Below are positions 39,701-54,700 of a stretch of DNA of 64,000 nt, one piece after another. Both the position numbers and the translations under genes were made by a program. Source of the stretch: Balanoglossus misakiensis (Eukaryota; Animalia; Hemichordata); NCBI GenBank assembly GCA_040954595.2, contig CM082591.2:11983309-12047308 (forward strand), written 5' to 3'. Within the stretch, counting starts at the first letter, position 1; each line of letters begins with the position of its first letter. The notes under the pieces were generated by a model. That model searched no databases. It was not told the origin of the DNA and was given only the letters and a program-made list of their open reading frames with translations.

Positions 39701-42700
39701 GCAACAACCCGATTTAATTCATAGTGTCAGAAAAAGTGACTTGCTGGTCAAGAATGCAAACAGTGTCAGTCAGAGTGTCTCACAGGTGAGAGATTTTTTC
39801 TTTTTTTTACACACGGGTTAGACGTGGGCATTGCAGAGAGGGCAGCACCAATTTCATAAATGTACGTAGCAGTAAATACAGACTGCCTTTGCTTCCTTCC
39901 ATATTTCATGCACACCGTGTAAGTAGACTTTACCTAATTTTGTCCCTTCTTTTCACCCAATTTACTGTCTTTTCCTGATCTCCAACACAGACTATGGTTG
40001 CCACCATCTTGTCTGTTGTTAGGACAGCACACTGCCTTATTGTGTTGACTGTGTGCAGTTTTTGTAACCAGAGCCTCTAACCCTATGCAGTTGTTACATA
40101 TGATGCAAGTTGCCCATAAAATTACCTAACAATAAAATGTGGCTGTCGAACATTGGTCCCAACAATAACGACAAACACAATACGATAGAATTTTTACTCA
40201 ATGACTTTCTGGCCTCATTTTCGCATCGTCTTGGAAGGGCAAATGAAAAAGGCATATCGATTATTGGTACTCCACTTATTAGACTTTCCACTGTTTGTCA
40301 ACAGCACTGCCAAGGAACTCCTGCCAGCCATCATTGATTGTCTGGATAGTAGTGCCCAGAGTGTCGTCAATGTAGCTTTACAACATCTACGCTAAACAAA
40401 TCTTTTTTTTTTGGCCTAACTTAATATATTTGTTTATTTCAGTGCTATGAGCAATACTCCGTTGTGTTTACTGTCAGAGATGTATCTGCAACAACCCGAT
40501 TTAATTCATAGTGTCAGAAAAAGTGACTTGCTGGTCAAGAATGCAAACAGTGTCAGTCAGAGTGTCTCACAGGTGAGAGATTTTTTCTTTTTTTTACACA
40601 CGGGTTAGACGTGGGCATTGCAGAGAGGGCAGCACCAATTTCATAAATGTACGTAGCAGTAAATACAGACTGCCTTTGCTTCCTTCCATATTTCATGCAC
40701 ACCGTGTAAGTAGACTTTACCTAATTTTGTCCCTTCTTTTCACCCAATTTACTGTCTTTTCCTGATCTCCAACACAGACTATGGTTGCCACCATCTTGTC
40801 TGTTGTTAGGACAGCACACTGCCTTATTGTGTTGACTGTGTGCAGTTTTTGTAACCAGAGCCTCTAACCCTATGCAGTTGTTACATATGATGCAAGTTGC
40901 CCATAAAATTACCTAACAATAAAATGTGGCTGTCGAACATTGGTCCCAACAATAACGACAAACACAATACGATAGAATTTTTACTCAATGACTTTCTGGC
41001 CTCATTTTCGCATCGTCTTGGAAGGGCAAATGAAAAAGGCATATCGATTATTGGTACTCCACTTATTAGACTTTCCACTGTTTGTCAACAGCACTGCCAA
41101 GGAACTCCTGCCAGCCATCATTGATTGTCTGGATAGTAGTGCCCAGAGTGTCGTCAATGTAGCTTTACAACATCTACGCTAAACAAATCTCTTTTTTTTT
41201 TGGCCTAACTTAATATATTTGTTTATTTCAGTGCTATGAGCAATACTCCATTGTGTTTACTGTCAGAGATGTATCTGCAACAACCCGATTTAATTCAGAG
41301 TGTCAGAAAAAGTGACTTGCTGGTCAAGAATGCAAACAGTGTCAGTCAGAGTGTCTCACAGGTGAGAGATTTTTTCTTTTTTTTTACACACGGGTTAGAC
41401 GTGGGCATTGCAGAGAGGGCAGCACCAATTTCATAAATGTATGTAGCAGTAAATACAGACTGCCTTTGCTTCCTTCCATATTTCATGCACACCGTGTAAG
41501 TAGACTTTACCTAATTTTGTCCCTTCTTTTCACCCAATTTACTGTCTTTTCCTGATCTCCAACACAGACTATGGTTGCCACCATCTTGTCTGTTGTTAGG
41601 ACAGCACACTGCCTTATTGTGTTGACTGTGTGCAGTTTTTGTAACCAGAGCCTCTAACCCTATGCAGTTGTTACATATGATGCAAGTTGCCCATAAAATT
41701 ACCTAACAATAAAATGTGGCTGTCGAACATTGGTCCCAACAATAACGACAAACACAATACGATAGAATTTTTACTCAATGACTTTCTGGCCTCATTTTCG
41801 CATCGTCTTGGAAGGGCAAATGAAAAAGGCATATCGATTATTGGTACTCCACTTATTAGACTTTCCACTGTTTGTCAACAGCACTGCCAAGGAACTCCTG
41901 CCAGCCATCATTGATTGTCTGGATAGTAGTGCCCAGAGTGTCGTCAATGTAGCTTTACAACATCTACGCTAAACAAATCTTTTTTTTTTGGCCTAACTTA
42001 ATATATTTGTTTATTTCAGTGCTATGAGCAATACTCCGTTGTGTTTACTGTCAGAGATGTATCTGCAACAACCCGATTTAATTCATAGTGTCAGAAAAAG
42101 TGACTTGCTGGTCAAGAATGCAAACTGTGTCAGTCAGAGTGTCTCACAGGTGAGAGATTTTTTCTTTTTTTTACACACGGGTTAGACGTGGGCATTGCAG
42201 AGAGGGCAGCACCAATTTCATAAATGTACGTAGCAGTAAATACAGACTGCCTTTGCTTCCTTCCATATTTCATGCACACCGTGTAAGTAGACTTTACCTA
42301 ATTTTGTCCCTTCTTTTCACCCAATTTACTGTCTTTTCCTGATCTCCAACACAGACTATGGTTGCCACCATCTTGTCTGTTGTTAGGACAGCACACTGCC
42401 TTATTGTGTTGACTGTGTGCAGTTTTTGTAACCAGAGCCTCTAACCCTATGCAGTTGTTACATATGATGCAAGTTGCCCATAAAATTACCTAACAATAAA
42501 ATGTGGCTGTCGAACATTGGTCCCAACAATAACGACAAACACAATACGATAGAATTTTTACTCAATGACTTTCTGGCCTCATTTTCGCATCGTCTTGGAA
42601 GGGCAAATGAAAAAGGCATATCGATTATTGGTACTCCACTTATTAGACTTTCCACTGTTTGTCAACAGCACTGCCAAGGAACTCCTGCCAGCCATCATTG

Positions 42701-45700
42701 ATTGTCTGGATAGTAGTGCCCAGAGTGTCGTCAATGTAGCTTTACAACATCTACGCTAAACAAATCTCTTTTTTTTTTGGCCTAACTTAATATATTTGTT
42801 TATTTCAGTGCTATGAGCAATACTCCATTGTGTTTACTGTCAGAGATGTATCTGCAACAACCCGATTTAATTCAGAGTGTCAGAAAAAGTGACTTGCTGG
42901 TCAAGAATGCAAACAGTGTCAGTCAGAGTGTCTCACAGGTGAGAGATTTTTTCTTTTTTTTTACACACGGGTTAGACGTGGGCATTGCAGAGAGGGCAGC
43001 ACCAATTTCATAAATGTACGTAGCAGTAAATACAGACTGCCTTTGCTTCCTTCCATATTTCATGCACACCGTGTAAGTAGACTTTACCTAATTTTGTCCC
43101 TTCTTTTCACCCAATTTACTGTCTTTTCCTGATCTCCAACACAGACTATGGTTGCCACCATCTTGTCTGTTGTTAGGACAGCACACTGCCTTATTGTGTT
43201 GACTGTGTGCAGTTTTTGTAACCAGAGCCTCTAACCCAAACTATTATGCAGTTGTTACATATGATGCAAGTTGCCCATAAAATTACCTAACAATAAAATG
43301 TGGCTGTCGAACATTGGTCCCAACAATAACGACAAACACAATACGATAGAATTTTTACTCAATGACTTTCTGGCCTCATTTTCGCATCGTCTTGGAAGGG
43401 CAAATGAAAAAGGCATATCGATTATTGGTACTCCACTTATTAGACTTTCCACTGTTTGTCAACAGCACTGCCAAGGAACTCCTGCCAGCCATCATTGATT
43501 GTCTGGATAGTAGTGCCCAGAGTGTCGTCAATGTAGCTTTACAACATCTACGCTAAACAAATCTCTTTTTTTTTGGCCTAACTTAATATATTTGTTTATT
43601 TCAGTGCTATGAGCAATACTCCGTTGTGTTTACTGTCAGAGATGTATCTGCAACAACCCGATTTAATTCAGAGTGTCAGAAAAAGTGACTTGCTGGTCAA
43701 GAATGCAAACAGTGTCAGTCAGAGTGTCTCACAGGTGAGAGATTTTTTCTTTTTTTTTACACACGGGTTAGACGTGGGCATTGCAGAGAGGGCAGCACCA
43801 ATTTCATAAATGTACGTAGCAGTAAATACAGACTGCCTTTGCTTCCTTCCATATTTCATGCACACCGTGTAAGTAGACTTTACCTAATTTTGTCCCTTCT
43901 TTTCACCCAATTTACTGTCTTTTCCTGATCTCCAACACAGACTATGGTTGCCACCATCTTGTCTGTTGTTAGGACAGCACACTGCCTTATTGTGTTGACT
44001 GTGTGCAGTTTTTGTAACCAGAGCCTCTAACCCAAACTATTATGCAGTTGTTACATATGATGCAAGTTGCCCATAAAATTACCTAACAATAAAATGTGGC
44101 TGTCGAACATTGGTCCCAACAATAACGACAAACACAATACGATAGAATTTTTACTCAATGACTTTCTGGCCTCATTTTCGCATCGTCTTGGAAGGGCAAA
44201 TGAAAAAGGCATATCGATTATTGGTACTCCACTTATTAGACTTTCCACTGTTTGTCAACAGCACTGCCAAGGAACTCCTGCCAGCCATCATTGATTGTCT
44301 GGATAGTAGTGCCCAGAGTGTCGTCAATGTAGCTTTACAACATCTACGCTAAACAAATCTCTTTTTTTTTGGCCTAACTTAATATATTTGTTTATTTCAG
44401 TGCTATGAGCAATACTCCGTTGTGTTTACTGTCAGAGATGTATCTGCAACAACCCGATTTAATTCAGAGTGTCAGAAAAAGTGACTTGCTGGTCAAGAAT
44501 GCAAACAGTGTCAGTCAGAGTGTCTCACAGGTGAGAGATTTTTTCTTTTTTTTTACACACGGGTTAGACGTGGGCATTGCAGAGAGGGCAGCACCAATTT
44601 CATAAATGTACGTAGCAGTAAATACAGACTGCCTTTGCTTCCTTCCATATTTCATGCAAACCGTGTAAGTAGACTTTACCTAATTTTGTCCCTTCTTTTC
44701 ACCCAATTTACTGTCTTTTCCTGATCTCCAACACAGACTATGGTTGCCACCATCTTGTCTGTTGTTAGGACAGCACACTGCCTTATTGTGTTGACTGTGT
44801 GCAGTTTTTGTAACCAGAGCCTCTAACCCTAACTATTATGCAGTTGTTACATATGATGCAAGTTGCCCATAAAATTTCCTAACAATAAAATGTGGCTGTC
44901 GAACATTGGACCCAACAATAACGACAAACACAATACGATAGAATTTTTACTCAATGACTTTCTGGCCTCATTTTCGCATCGTCTTGGAAGGGCAAATGAA
45001 AAAGGCATATCGATTATTGGTACTCCACTTATTAGACTTTCCACTGTTTGTCAACAGCACTGCCAAGGAACTCCTGCCAGCCATCATTGATTGTCTGGAT
45101 AGTAGTGCCCAGAGTGTCGTCAATGTAGCTTTACAACATCTACGCTAAACAAATCTCTTTTTTTTTTGGCCTAACTTAATATATTTGTTTATTTCAGTGC
45201 TATGAGCAATACTCCGTTGTGTTTACTGTCAGAGATGTATCTGCAACAACCCGATTTAATTCAGAGTGTCAGAAAAAGTGACTTGCTGGTCAAGAATGCA
45301 AACAGTGTCAGTCAGAGTGTCTCACAGGTGAGAGATTTTTTCTTTTTTTTACACACGGGTTAGACGTGGGCATTGCAGAGAGGGCAGCACCAATTTCATA
45401 AATGTACGTAGCAGTAAATACAGACTGCCTTTGCTTCCTTCCATATTTCATGCACACCGTGTAAGTAGACTTTACCTAATTTTGTCCCTTCTTTTCACCC
45501 AATTTACTGTCTTTTCCTGATCTCCAACACAGACTATGGTTGCCACCATCTTGTCTGTTGTTAGGACAGCACACTGCCTTATTGTGTTGACTGTGTGCAG
45601 TTTTTGTAACCAGAGCCTCTAACCCTATGCAGTTGTTACATATGATGCAAGTTGCCCATAAAATTACCTAACAATAAAATGTGGCTGTCGAACATTGGTC

Positions 45701-48700
45701 CCAACAATAACGACAAACACAATACGATAGAATTTTTACTCAATGACTTTCTGGCCTCATTTTCGCATCGTCTTGGAAGGGCAAATGAAAAAGGCATATC
45801 GATTATTGGTACTCCACTTATTAGACTTTCCACTGTTTGTCAACAGCACTGCCAAGGAACTCCTGCCAGCCATCATTGATTGTCTGGATAGTAGTGCCCA
45901 GAGTGTCGTCAATGTAGCTTTACAACATCTACGCTAAACAAATCTCTTTTTTTTTTGGCCTAACTTAATATATTTGTTTATTTCAGTGCTATGAGCAATA
46001 CTCCATTGTGTTTACTGTCAGAGATGTATCTGCAACAACCCGATTTAATTCAGAGTGTCAGAAAAAGTGACTTGCTGGTCAAGAATGCAAACAGTGTCAG
46101 TCAGAGTGTCTCACAGGTGAGAGATTTTTTCTTTTTTTTTACACACGGGTTAGACGTGGGCATTGCAGAGAGGGCAGCACCAATTTCATAAATGTACGTA
46201 GCAGTAAATACAGACTGCCTTTGCTTCCTTCCATATTTCATGCACACCGTGTAAGTAGACTTTACCTAATTTTGTCCCTTCTTTTCACCCAATTTACTGT
46301 CTTTTCCTGATCTCCAACACAGACTATGGTTGCCACCATCTTGTCTGTTGTTAGGACAGCACACTGCCTTATTGTGTTGACTGTGTGCAGTTTTTGTAAC
46401 CAGAGCCTCTAACCCAAACTATTATGCAGTTGTTACATATGATGCAAGTTGCCCATAAAATTACCTAACAATAAAATGTGGCTGTCGAACATTGGTCCCA
46501 ACAATAACGACAAACACAATACGATAGAATTTTTACTCAATGACTTTCTGGCCTCATTTTCGCATCGTCTTGGAAGGGCAAATGAAAAAGGCATATCGAT
46601 TATTGGTACTCCACTTATTAGACTTTCCACTGTTTGTCAACAGCACTGCCAAGGAACTCCTGCCAGCCATCATTGATTGTCTGGATAGTAGTGCCCAGAG
46701 TGTCGTCAATGTAGCTTTACAACATCTACGCTAAACAAATCTCTTTTTTTTTGGCCTAACTTAATATATTTGTTTATTTCAGTGCTATGAGCAATACTCC
46801 GTTGTGTTTACTGTCAGAGATGTATCTGCAACAACCCGATTTAATTCAGAGTGTCAGAAAAAGTGACTTGCTGGTCAAGAATGCAAACAGTGTCAGTCAG
46901 AGTGTCTCACAGGTGAGAGATTTTTTCTTTTTTTTTACACACGGGTTAGACGTGGGCATTGCAGAGAGGGCAGCACCAATTTCATAAATGTACGTAGCAG
47001 TAAATACAGACTGCCTTTGCTTCCTTCCATATTTCATGCACACCGTGTAAGTAGACTTTACCTAATTTTGTCCCTTCTTTTCACCCAATTTACTGTCTTT
47101 TCCTGATCTCCAACACAGACTATGGTTGCCACCATCTTGTCTGTAGTTAGGACAGCACACTGCCTTATTGTGTTGACTGTGTGCAGTTTTTGTAACCAGA
47201 GCCTCTAACCCAAACTATTATGCAGTTGTTACATATGATGCAAGTTGCCCATAAAATTACCTAACAATAAAATGTGGCTGTCGAACATTGGTCCCAACAA
47301 TAACGACAAACACAATACGATAGAATTTTTACTCAATGACTTTCTGGCCTCATTTTCGCATCGTCTTGGAAGGGCAAATGAAAAAGGCATATCGATTATT
47401 GGTACTCCACTTATTAGACTTTCCACTGTTTGTCAACAGCACTGCCAAGGAACTCCTGCCAGCCATCATTGATTGTCTGGATAGTAGTGCCCAGAGTGTC
47501 GTCAATGTAGCTTTACAACATCTACGCTAAACAAATCTCTTTTTTTTTGGCCTAACTTAATATATTTGTTTATTTCAGTGCTATGAGCAATACTCCGTTG
47601 TGTTTACTGTCAGAGATGTATCTGCAACAACCCGATTTAATTCAGAGTGTCAGAAAAAGTGACTTGCTGGTCAAGAATGCAAACAGTGTCAGTCAGAGTG
47701 TCTCACAGGTGAGAGATTTTTTCTTTTTTTTACACACGGGTTAGACGTGGGCATTGCAGAGAGGGCAGCACCAATTTCATAAATGTACGTAGCAGTAAAT
47801 ACAGACTGCCTTTGCTTCCTTCCATATTTCATGCACACCGTGTAAGTAGACTTTACCTAATTTTGTCCCTTCTTTTCACCCAATTTACTGTCTTTTCCTG
47901 ATCTCCAACACAGACTATGGTTGCCACCATCTTGTCTGTTGTTAGGACAACACACTGCCTTATTGTGTTGACTGTGTGCAGTTTTTGTAACCAGAGCCTC
48001 TAACCCAAACTATTATGCAGTTGTTACATATGATGCAAGTTGCCCATAAAATTACCTAACAATAAAATGTGGCTGTCGAACATTGGTCCCAACAATAACG
48101 ACAAACACAATACGATAGAATTTTTACTCAATGACTTTCTGGCCTCATTTTCGCATCGTCTTGGAAGGGCAAATGAAAAAGGCATATCGATTATTGGTAC
48201 TCCACTTATTAGACTTTCCACTGTTTGTCAACAGCACTGCCAAGGAACTCCTGCCAGCCATCATTGATTGTTTGGATAGTAGTGCCCAGAGTGTCGTCAA
48301 TGTAGCTTTACAACATCTACGCTAAAAAAATCTCTTTTTTTTGGCCTAACTTAATATATTTGTTTATTTCAGTGCTATGAGCAATACTCCGTTGCGTTTA
48401 CTGTCAGAGATGTATCTGCAACAACCCGATTTAATTCAGTGTCAGAAAAAGTGACTTGCTGGTCAAGAATGCAAACAGTGTCAGTCAGAGTGTCTCACAG
48501 GTGAGAGATTTTTTTCTTTTTTTTTACACACGGGTTAGACGTGGGCATTGCAGAGAGGGCAGCACCAATTTCATAAATGTACGTAGCAGTAAATACAGAC
48601 TGCCTTTGCTTCCTTCCATATTTCATGCACACCGTGTAAGTAGACTTTACCTAATTTTGTCCCTTCTTTTCACCCAATTTACTGTCTTTTCCTGATCTCC

Positions 48701-51700
48701 AACACAGACTATGGTTGCCACCATCTTGTCTGTTGTTAGGACAGCACACTGCCTTATTGTGTTGACTGTGTGCAGTTTTTGTAACCAGAGCCTCTAACCC
48801 TAACCCTAACTATTATGCAGTTGTTACATATGATGCAAGTTGCCCATAAAATTACCTAACAATAAAATGTGGCTGTCGAACATTGGTCCCAACAATAACG
48901 ACAAACACAATACGATAGAATTTTTACTCAATGACTTTCTGGCCTCATTTTCGCATCGTCTTGGAAGGGCAAATGAAAAAGGCATATCGATTATTGGTAC
49001 TCCACTTATTAGACTTTCCACTGTTTGTCAACAGCACTGCCAAGGAACTCCTGCCAGCCATCATTGATTGTCTGGATAGTAGTGCCCAGAGTGTCGTCAA
49101 TGTAGCTTTACAACATCTACGCTAAACAAATCTCTTTTTTTTTGGCCTAACTTAATATATTTGTTTATTTCAGTGCTATGAGCAATACTCCGTTGTGTTT
49201 ACTGTCAGAGATGTATCTGCAACAACCCGATTTAATTCAGAGTGTCAGAAAAAGTGACTTGCTGGTCAAGAATGCAAACAGTGTCAGTCAGAGTGTCTCA
49301 CAGGTGAGAGATTTTTTCTTTTTTTTACACACGGGTTAGACGTGGGCATTGCAGAGAGGGCAGCACCAATTTCATAAATGTACGTAGCAGTAAATACAGA
49401 CTGCCTTTGCTTCCTTCCATATTTCATGCACACCGTGTAAGTAGACTTTACCTAATTTTGTCCCTTCTTTTCACCCAATTTACTGTCTTTTCCTGATCTC
49501 CAACACAGACTATGGTTGCCACCATCTTGTCTGTTGTTAGGACAACACACTGCCTTATTGTGTTGACTGTGTGCAGTTTTTGTAACCAGAGCCTCTAACC
49601 CAAACTATTATGCAGTTGTTACATATGATGCAAGTTGCCCATAAAATTACCTAACAATAAAATGTGGCTGTCGAACATTGGTCCCAACAATAACGACAAA
49701 CACAATACGATAGAATTTTTACTCAATGACTTTCTGGCCTCATTTTCGCATCGTCTTGGAAGGGCAAATGAAAAAGGCATATCGATTATTGGTACTCCAC
49801 TTATTAGACTTTCCACTGTTTGTCAACAGCACTGCCAAGGAACTCCTGCCAGCCATCATTGATTGTTTGGATAGTAGTGCCCAGAGTGTCGTCAATGTAG
49901 CTTTACAACATCTACGCTAAAAAAATCTCTTTTTTTTGGCCTAACTTAATATATTTGTTTATTTCAGTGCTATGAGCAATACTCCGTTGCGTTTACTGTC
50001 AGAGATGTATCTGCAACAACCCGATTTAATTCAGTGTCAGAAAAAGTGACTTGCTGGTCAAGAATGCAAACAGTGTCAGTCAGAGTGTCTCACAGGTGAG
50101 AGATTTTTTTCTTTTTTTTTACACACGGGTTAGACGTGGGCATTGCAGAGAGGGCAGCACCAATTTCATAAATGTACGTAGCAGTAAATACAGACTGCCT
50201 TTGCTTCCTTCCATATTTCATGCACACCGTGTAAGTAGACTTTACCTAATTTTGTCCCTTCTTTTCACCCAATTTACTGTCTTTTCCTGATCTCCAACAC
50301 AGACTATGGTTGCCACCATCTTGTCTGTTGTTAGGACAGCACACTGCCTTATTGTGTTGACTGTGTGCAGTTTTTGTAACCAGAGCCTCTAACCCTAACC
50401 CTAACTATTATGCAGTTGTTACATATGATGCAAGTTGCCCATAAAATTACCTAACAATAAAATGTGGCTGTCGAACATTGGACCCAACAATAACGACAAA
50501 CACAATACGATAGAATTTTTACTCAATGACTTTCTGGCCTCATTTTCGCATCGTCTTGGAAGGGCAAATGAAAAAGGCATATCGATTATTGGTACTCCAC
50601 TTATTAGACTTTCCACTGTTTGTCAACAGCACTGCCAAGGAACTCCTGCCAGCCATCATTGATTGTCTGGATAGTAGTGCCCAGAGTGTCGTCAATGTAG
50701 CTTTACAACATCTACGCTAAACAAATCTCTTTTTTTTTTTGGCCTAACTTAATATATTTGTTTATTTCAGTGCTATGAGCAATACTCCGTTGTGTTTACT
50801 GTCAGAGATGTATCTGCAACAACCCTATTTAATTCAGAGTGTCAGAAAAAGTGACTTGCTGGTCAAGAATGCAAACAGTGTCAGTCAGAGTGTCTCACAG
50901 GTGAGAGATTTTTTCTTTTTTTTTACACACGGGTTAGACGTGGGCATTGCAGAGAGGGCAGCACCAATTTCATAAATGTACGTAGCAGTAAATACAGACT
51001 GCCTTTGCTTCCTTCCATATTTCATGCACACCGTGTAAGTAGACTTTACCTAATTTTGTCCCTTCTTTTCACCCAATTTACTGTCTTTTCCGATCTCCAA
51101 CACAGATTTTGGTTGCCACCATCTTGTCTGTTGTTAGGACAACACACTGCCTTATTGTGTTGACTGTGTGCAGTTTTTGTAACCAGAGCCTCTAACCCAA
51201 ACTATTATGCAGTTGTTACATATGATGCAAGTTGCCCATAAAATTACCTAACAATAAAATGTGGCTGTCGAACATTGGTCCCAACAATAACGACAAACAC
51301 AATACGATAGAATTTTTACTCAATGACTTTCTGGCCTCATTTTCGCATCGTCTTGGAAGGGCAAATGAAAAAGGCATATCGATTATTGGTACTCCACTTA
51401 TTAGACTTTCCACTGTTTGTCAACAGCACTGCCAAGGAACTCCTGCCAGCCATCATTGATTGTCTGGATAGTAGTGCCCAGAGTGTCGTCAATGTAGCTT
51501 TACAACATCTACGCTAAACAAATCTCTTTTTTTTTTTGGCCTAACTTAATATATTTGTTTATTTCAGTGCTATGAGCAATACTCCGTTGCGTTTACTGTC
51601 AGAGATGTATCTGCAACAACCCGATTTAATTCATAGTGTCAGAAAAAGTGACTTGCTGGTCAAGAATGCAAACAGTGTCAGTCAGAGTGTCTCACAGGTG

Positions 51701-54700
51701 AGAGATTTTTTCTTTTTTTTACACACGGGTTAGACGTGGGCATTGCAGAGAGGGCAGCACCAATTTCATAAATGTACGTAGCAGTAAATACAGACTGCCT
51801 TTGCTTCCTTCCATATTTCATGCACACCGTGTAAGTAGACTTTACCTAATTTTGTCCCTTCTTTTCACCCAATTTACTGTCTTTTCCTGATCTCCAACAC
51901 AGACTATGGTTGCCACCATCTTGTCTGTTGTTAGGACAACACACTGCCTTATTGTGTTGACTGTGTGCAGTTTTTGTAACCAGAGCCTCTAACCCAAACT
52001 ATTATGCAGTTGTTACATATGATGCAAGTTGCCCATAAAATTACCTAACAATAAAATGTGGCTGTCGAACATTGGTCCCAACAATAACGACAAACACAAT
52101 ACGATAGAATTTTTACTCAATGACTTTCTGGCCTCATTTTCGCATCGTCTTGGAAGGGCAAATGAAAAAGGCATATCGATTATTGGTACTCCACTTATTA
52201 GACTTTCCACTGTTTGTCAACAGCACTGCCAAGGAACTCCTGCCAGCCATCATTGATTGTCTGGATAGTAGTGCCCAGAGTGTCGTCAATGTAGCTTTAC
52301 AACATCTACGCTAAACAAATCTCTTTTTTTTTTGGCCTAACTTAATATATTTGTTTATTTCAGTGCTATGAGCAATACTCCGTTGCGTTTACTGTCAGAG
52401 ATGTATCTGCAACAACCCGATTTAATTCAGTGTCAGAAAAAGTGACTTGCTGGTCAAGAATGCAAACAGTGTCAGTCAGAGTGTCTCACAGGTGAGAGAT
52501 TTTTTTCTTTTTTTTTACACACGGGTTAGACGTGGGCATTGCAGAGAGGGCAGCACCAATTTCATAAATGTACGTAGTAGTAAATACAGACTGCCTTTGC
52601 TTCCTTCCATATTTCATGCACACCGTGTAAGTAGACTTTACCTAATTTTGTCCCTTCTTTTCACCCAATTTACTGTCTTTTCCTGATCTCCAACACAGAC
52701 TATGGTTGCCACCATCTTGTCTGTTGTTAGGACAGCACACTGCCTTATTGTGTTGACTGTGTGCAGTTTTTGTAACCAGAGCCTCTAACCCTAACTATTA
52801 TGCAGTTGTTACATATGATGCAAGTTGCCCATAAAATTACCTAACAATAAAATGTGGCTGTCGAACATTGGACCCAACAATAACGACAAACACAATACGA
52901 TAGAATTTTTACTCAATGACTTTCTGGCCTCATTTTCGCATCGTCTTGGAAGGGCAAATGAAAAAGGCATATCGATTATTGGTACTCCACTTATTAGACT
53001 TTCCACTGTTTGTCAACAGCACTGCCAAGGAACTCCTGCCAGCCATCATTGATTGTCTGGATAGTAGTGCCCAGAGTGTCGTCAATGTAGCTTTACAACA
53101 TCTACGCTAAACAAATCTCTTTTTTTTTGGCCTAACTTAATATATTTGTTTATTTCAGTGCTATGAGCAATACTCCGTTGTGTTTACTGTCAGAGATGTA
53201 TCTGCAACAACCCGATTTAATTCAGAGTGTCAGAAAAAGTGACTTGCTGGTCAAGAATGCAAACAGTGTCAGTCAGAGTGTCTCACAGGTGAGAGATTTT
53301 TTCTTTTTTTTTACACACGGGTTAGACGTGGGCATTGCAGAGAGGGCAGCACCAATTTCATAAATGTACGTAGCAGTAAATACAGACTGCCTTTGCTTCC
53401 TTCCATATTTCATGCACACCGTGTAAGTAGACTTTACCTAATTTTGTCCCTTCTTTTCACCCAATTTACTGTATTTTCTGATCTCCAACACAGATTTTGG
53501 TTGCCACCATCTTGTCTGTTGTTAGGACAACACACTGCCTTATTGTGTTGACTGTGTGCAGTTTTTGTAACCAGAGCCTCTAAACCCTATGCAGTTGTTA
53601 CATATGATGCAAGTTGCCCATAAAATTACCTAACAATAAAATGTGGCTGTCGAACATTGGTCCCAACAATAACGACAAACACAATACGATAGAATTTTTA
53701 CTCAATGACTTTCTGGCCTCATTTTCGCATCGTCTTGGAAGGGCAAATGAAAAAGGCATATCGATTATTGGTACTCCACTTATTAGACTTTCCACTGTTT
53801 GTCAACAGCACTGCCAAGGAACTCCTGCCAGCCATCATTGATTGTCTGGATAGTAGTGCCCAGAGTGTCGTCAATGTAGCTTTACAACATCTACGCTAAA
53901 CAAATCTCTTTTTTTTTGGCCTAACTTAATATATTTGTTTATTTCAGTGCTATGAGCAATACTCCGTTGTGTTTACTGTCAGAGATGTATCTGCAACAAC
54001 CCGATTTAATTCAGAGTGTCAGAAAAAGTGACTTGCTGGTCAAGAATGCAAACAGTGTCAGTCAGAGTGTCTCACAGGTGAGAGATTTTTTCTTTTTTTT
54101 TACACACGGGTTAGACGTGGGCATTGCAGAGAGGGCAGCACCAATTTCATAAATGTACGTAGCAGTAAATACAGACTGCCTTTGCTTCCTTCCATATTTC
54201 ATGCACACCGTGTAAGTAGACTTTACCTAATTTTGTCCCTTCTTTTCACCCAATTTACTGTCTTTTCCTGATCTCCAACACAGACTATGGTTGCCACCAT
54301 CTTGTCTGTTGTTAGGACAGCACACTGCCTTATTGTGTTGACTGTGTGCAGTTTTTGTAACCAGAGCCTCTAACCCTATGCAGTTGTTACATATGATGCA
54401 AGTTGCCCATAAAATTACCTAACAATAAAATGTGGCTGTCGAACATTGGTCCCAACAATAACGACAAACACAATACGATAGAATTTTTACTCAATGACTT
54501 TCTGGCCTCATTTTCGCATCGTCTTGGAAGGGCAAATGAAAAAGGCATATCGATTATTGGTACTCCACTTATTAGACTTTCCACTGTTTGTCAACAGCAC
54601 TGCCAAGGAACTCCTGCCAGCCATCATTGATTGTCTGGATAGTAGTGCCCAGAGTGTCGTCAATGTAGCTTTACAACATCTACGCTAAACAAATCTCTTT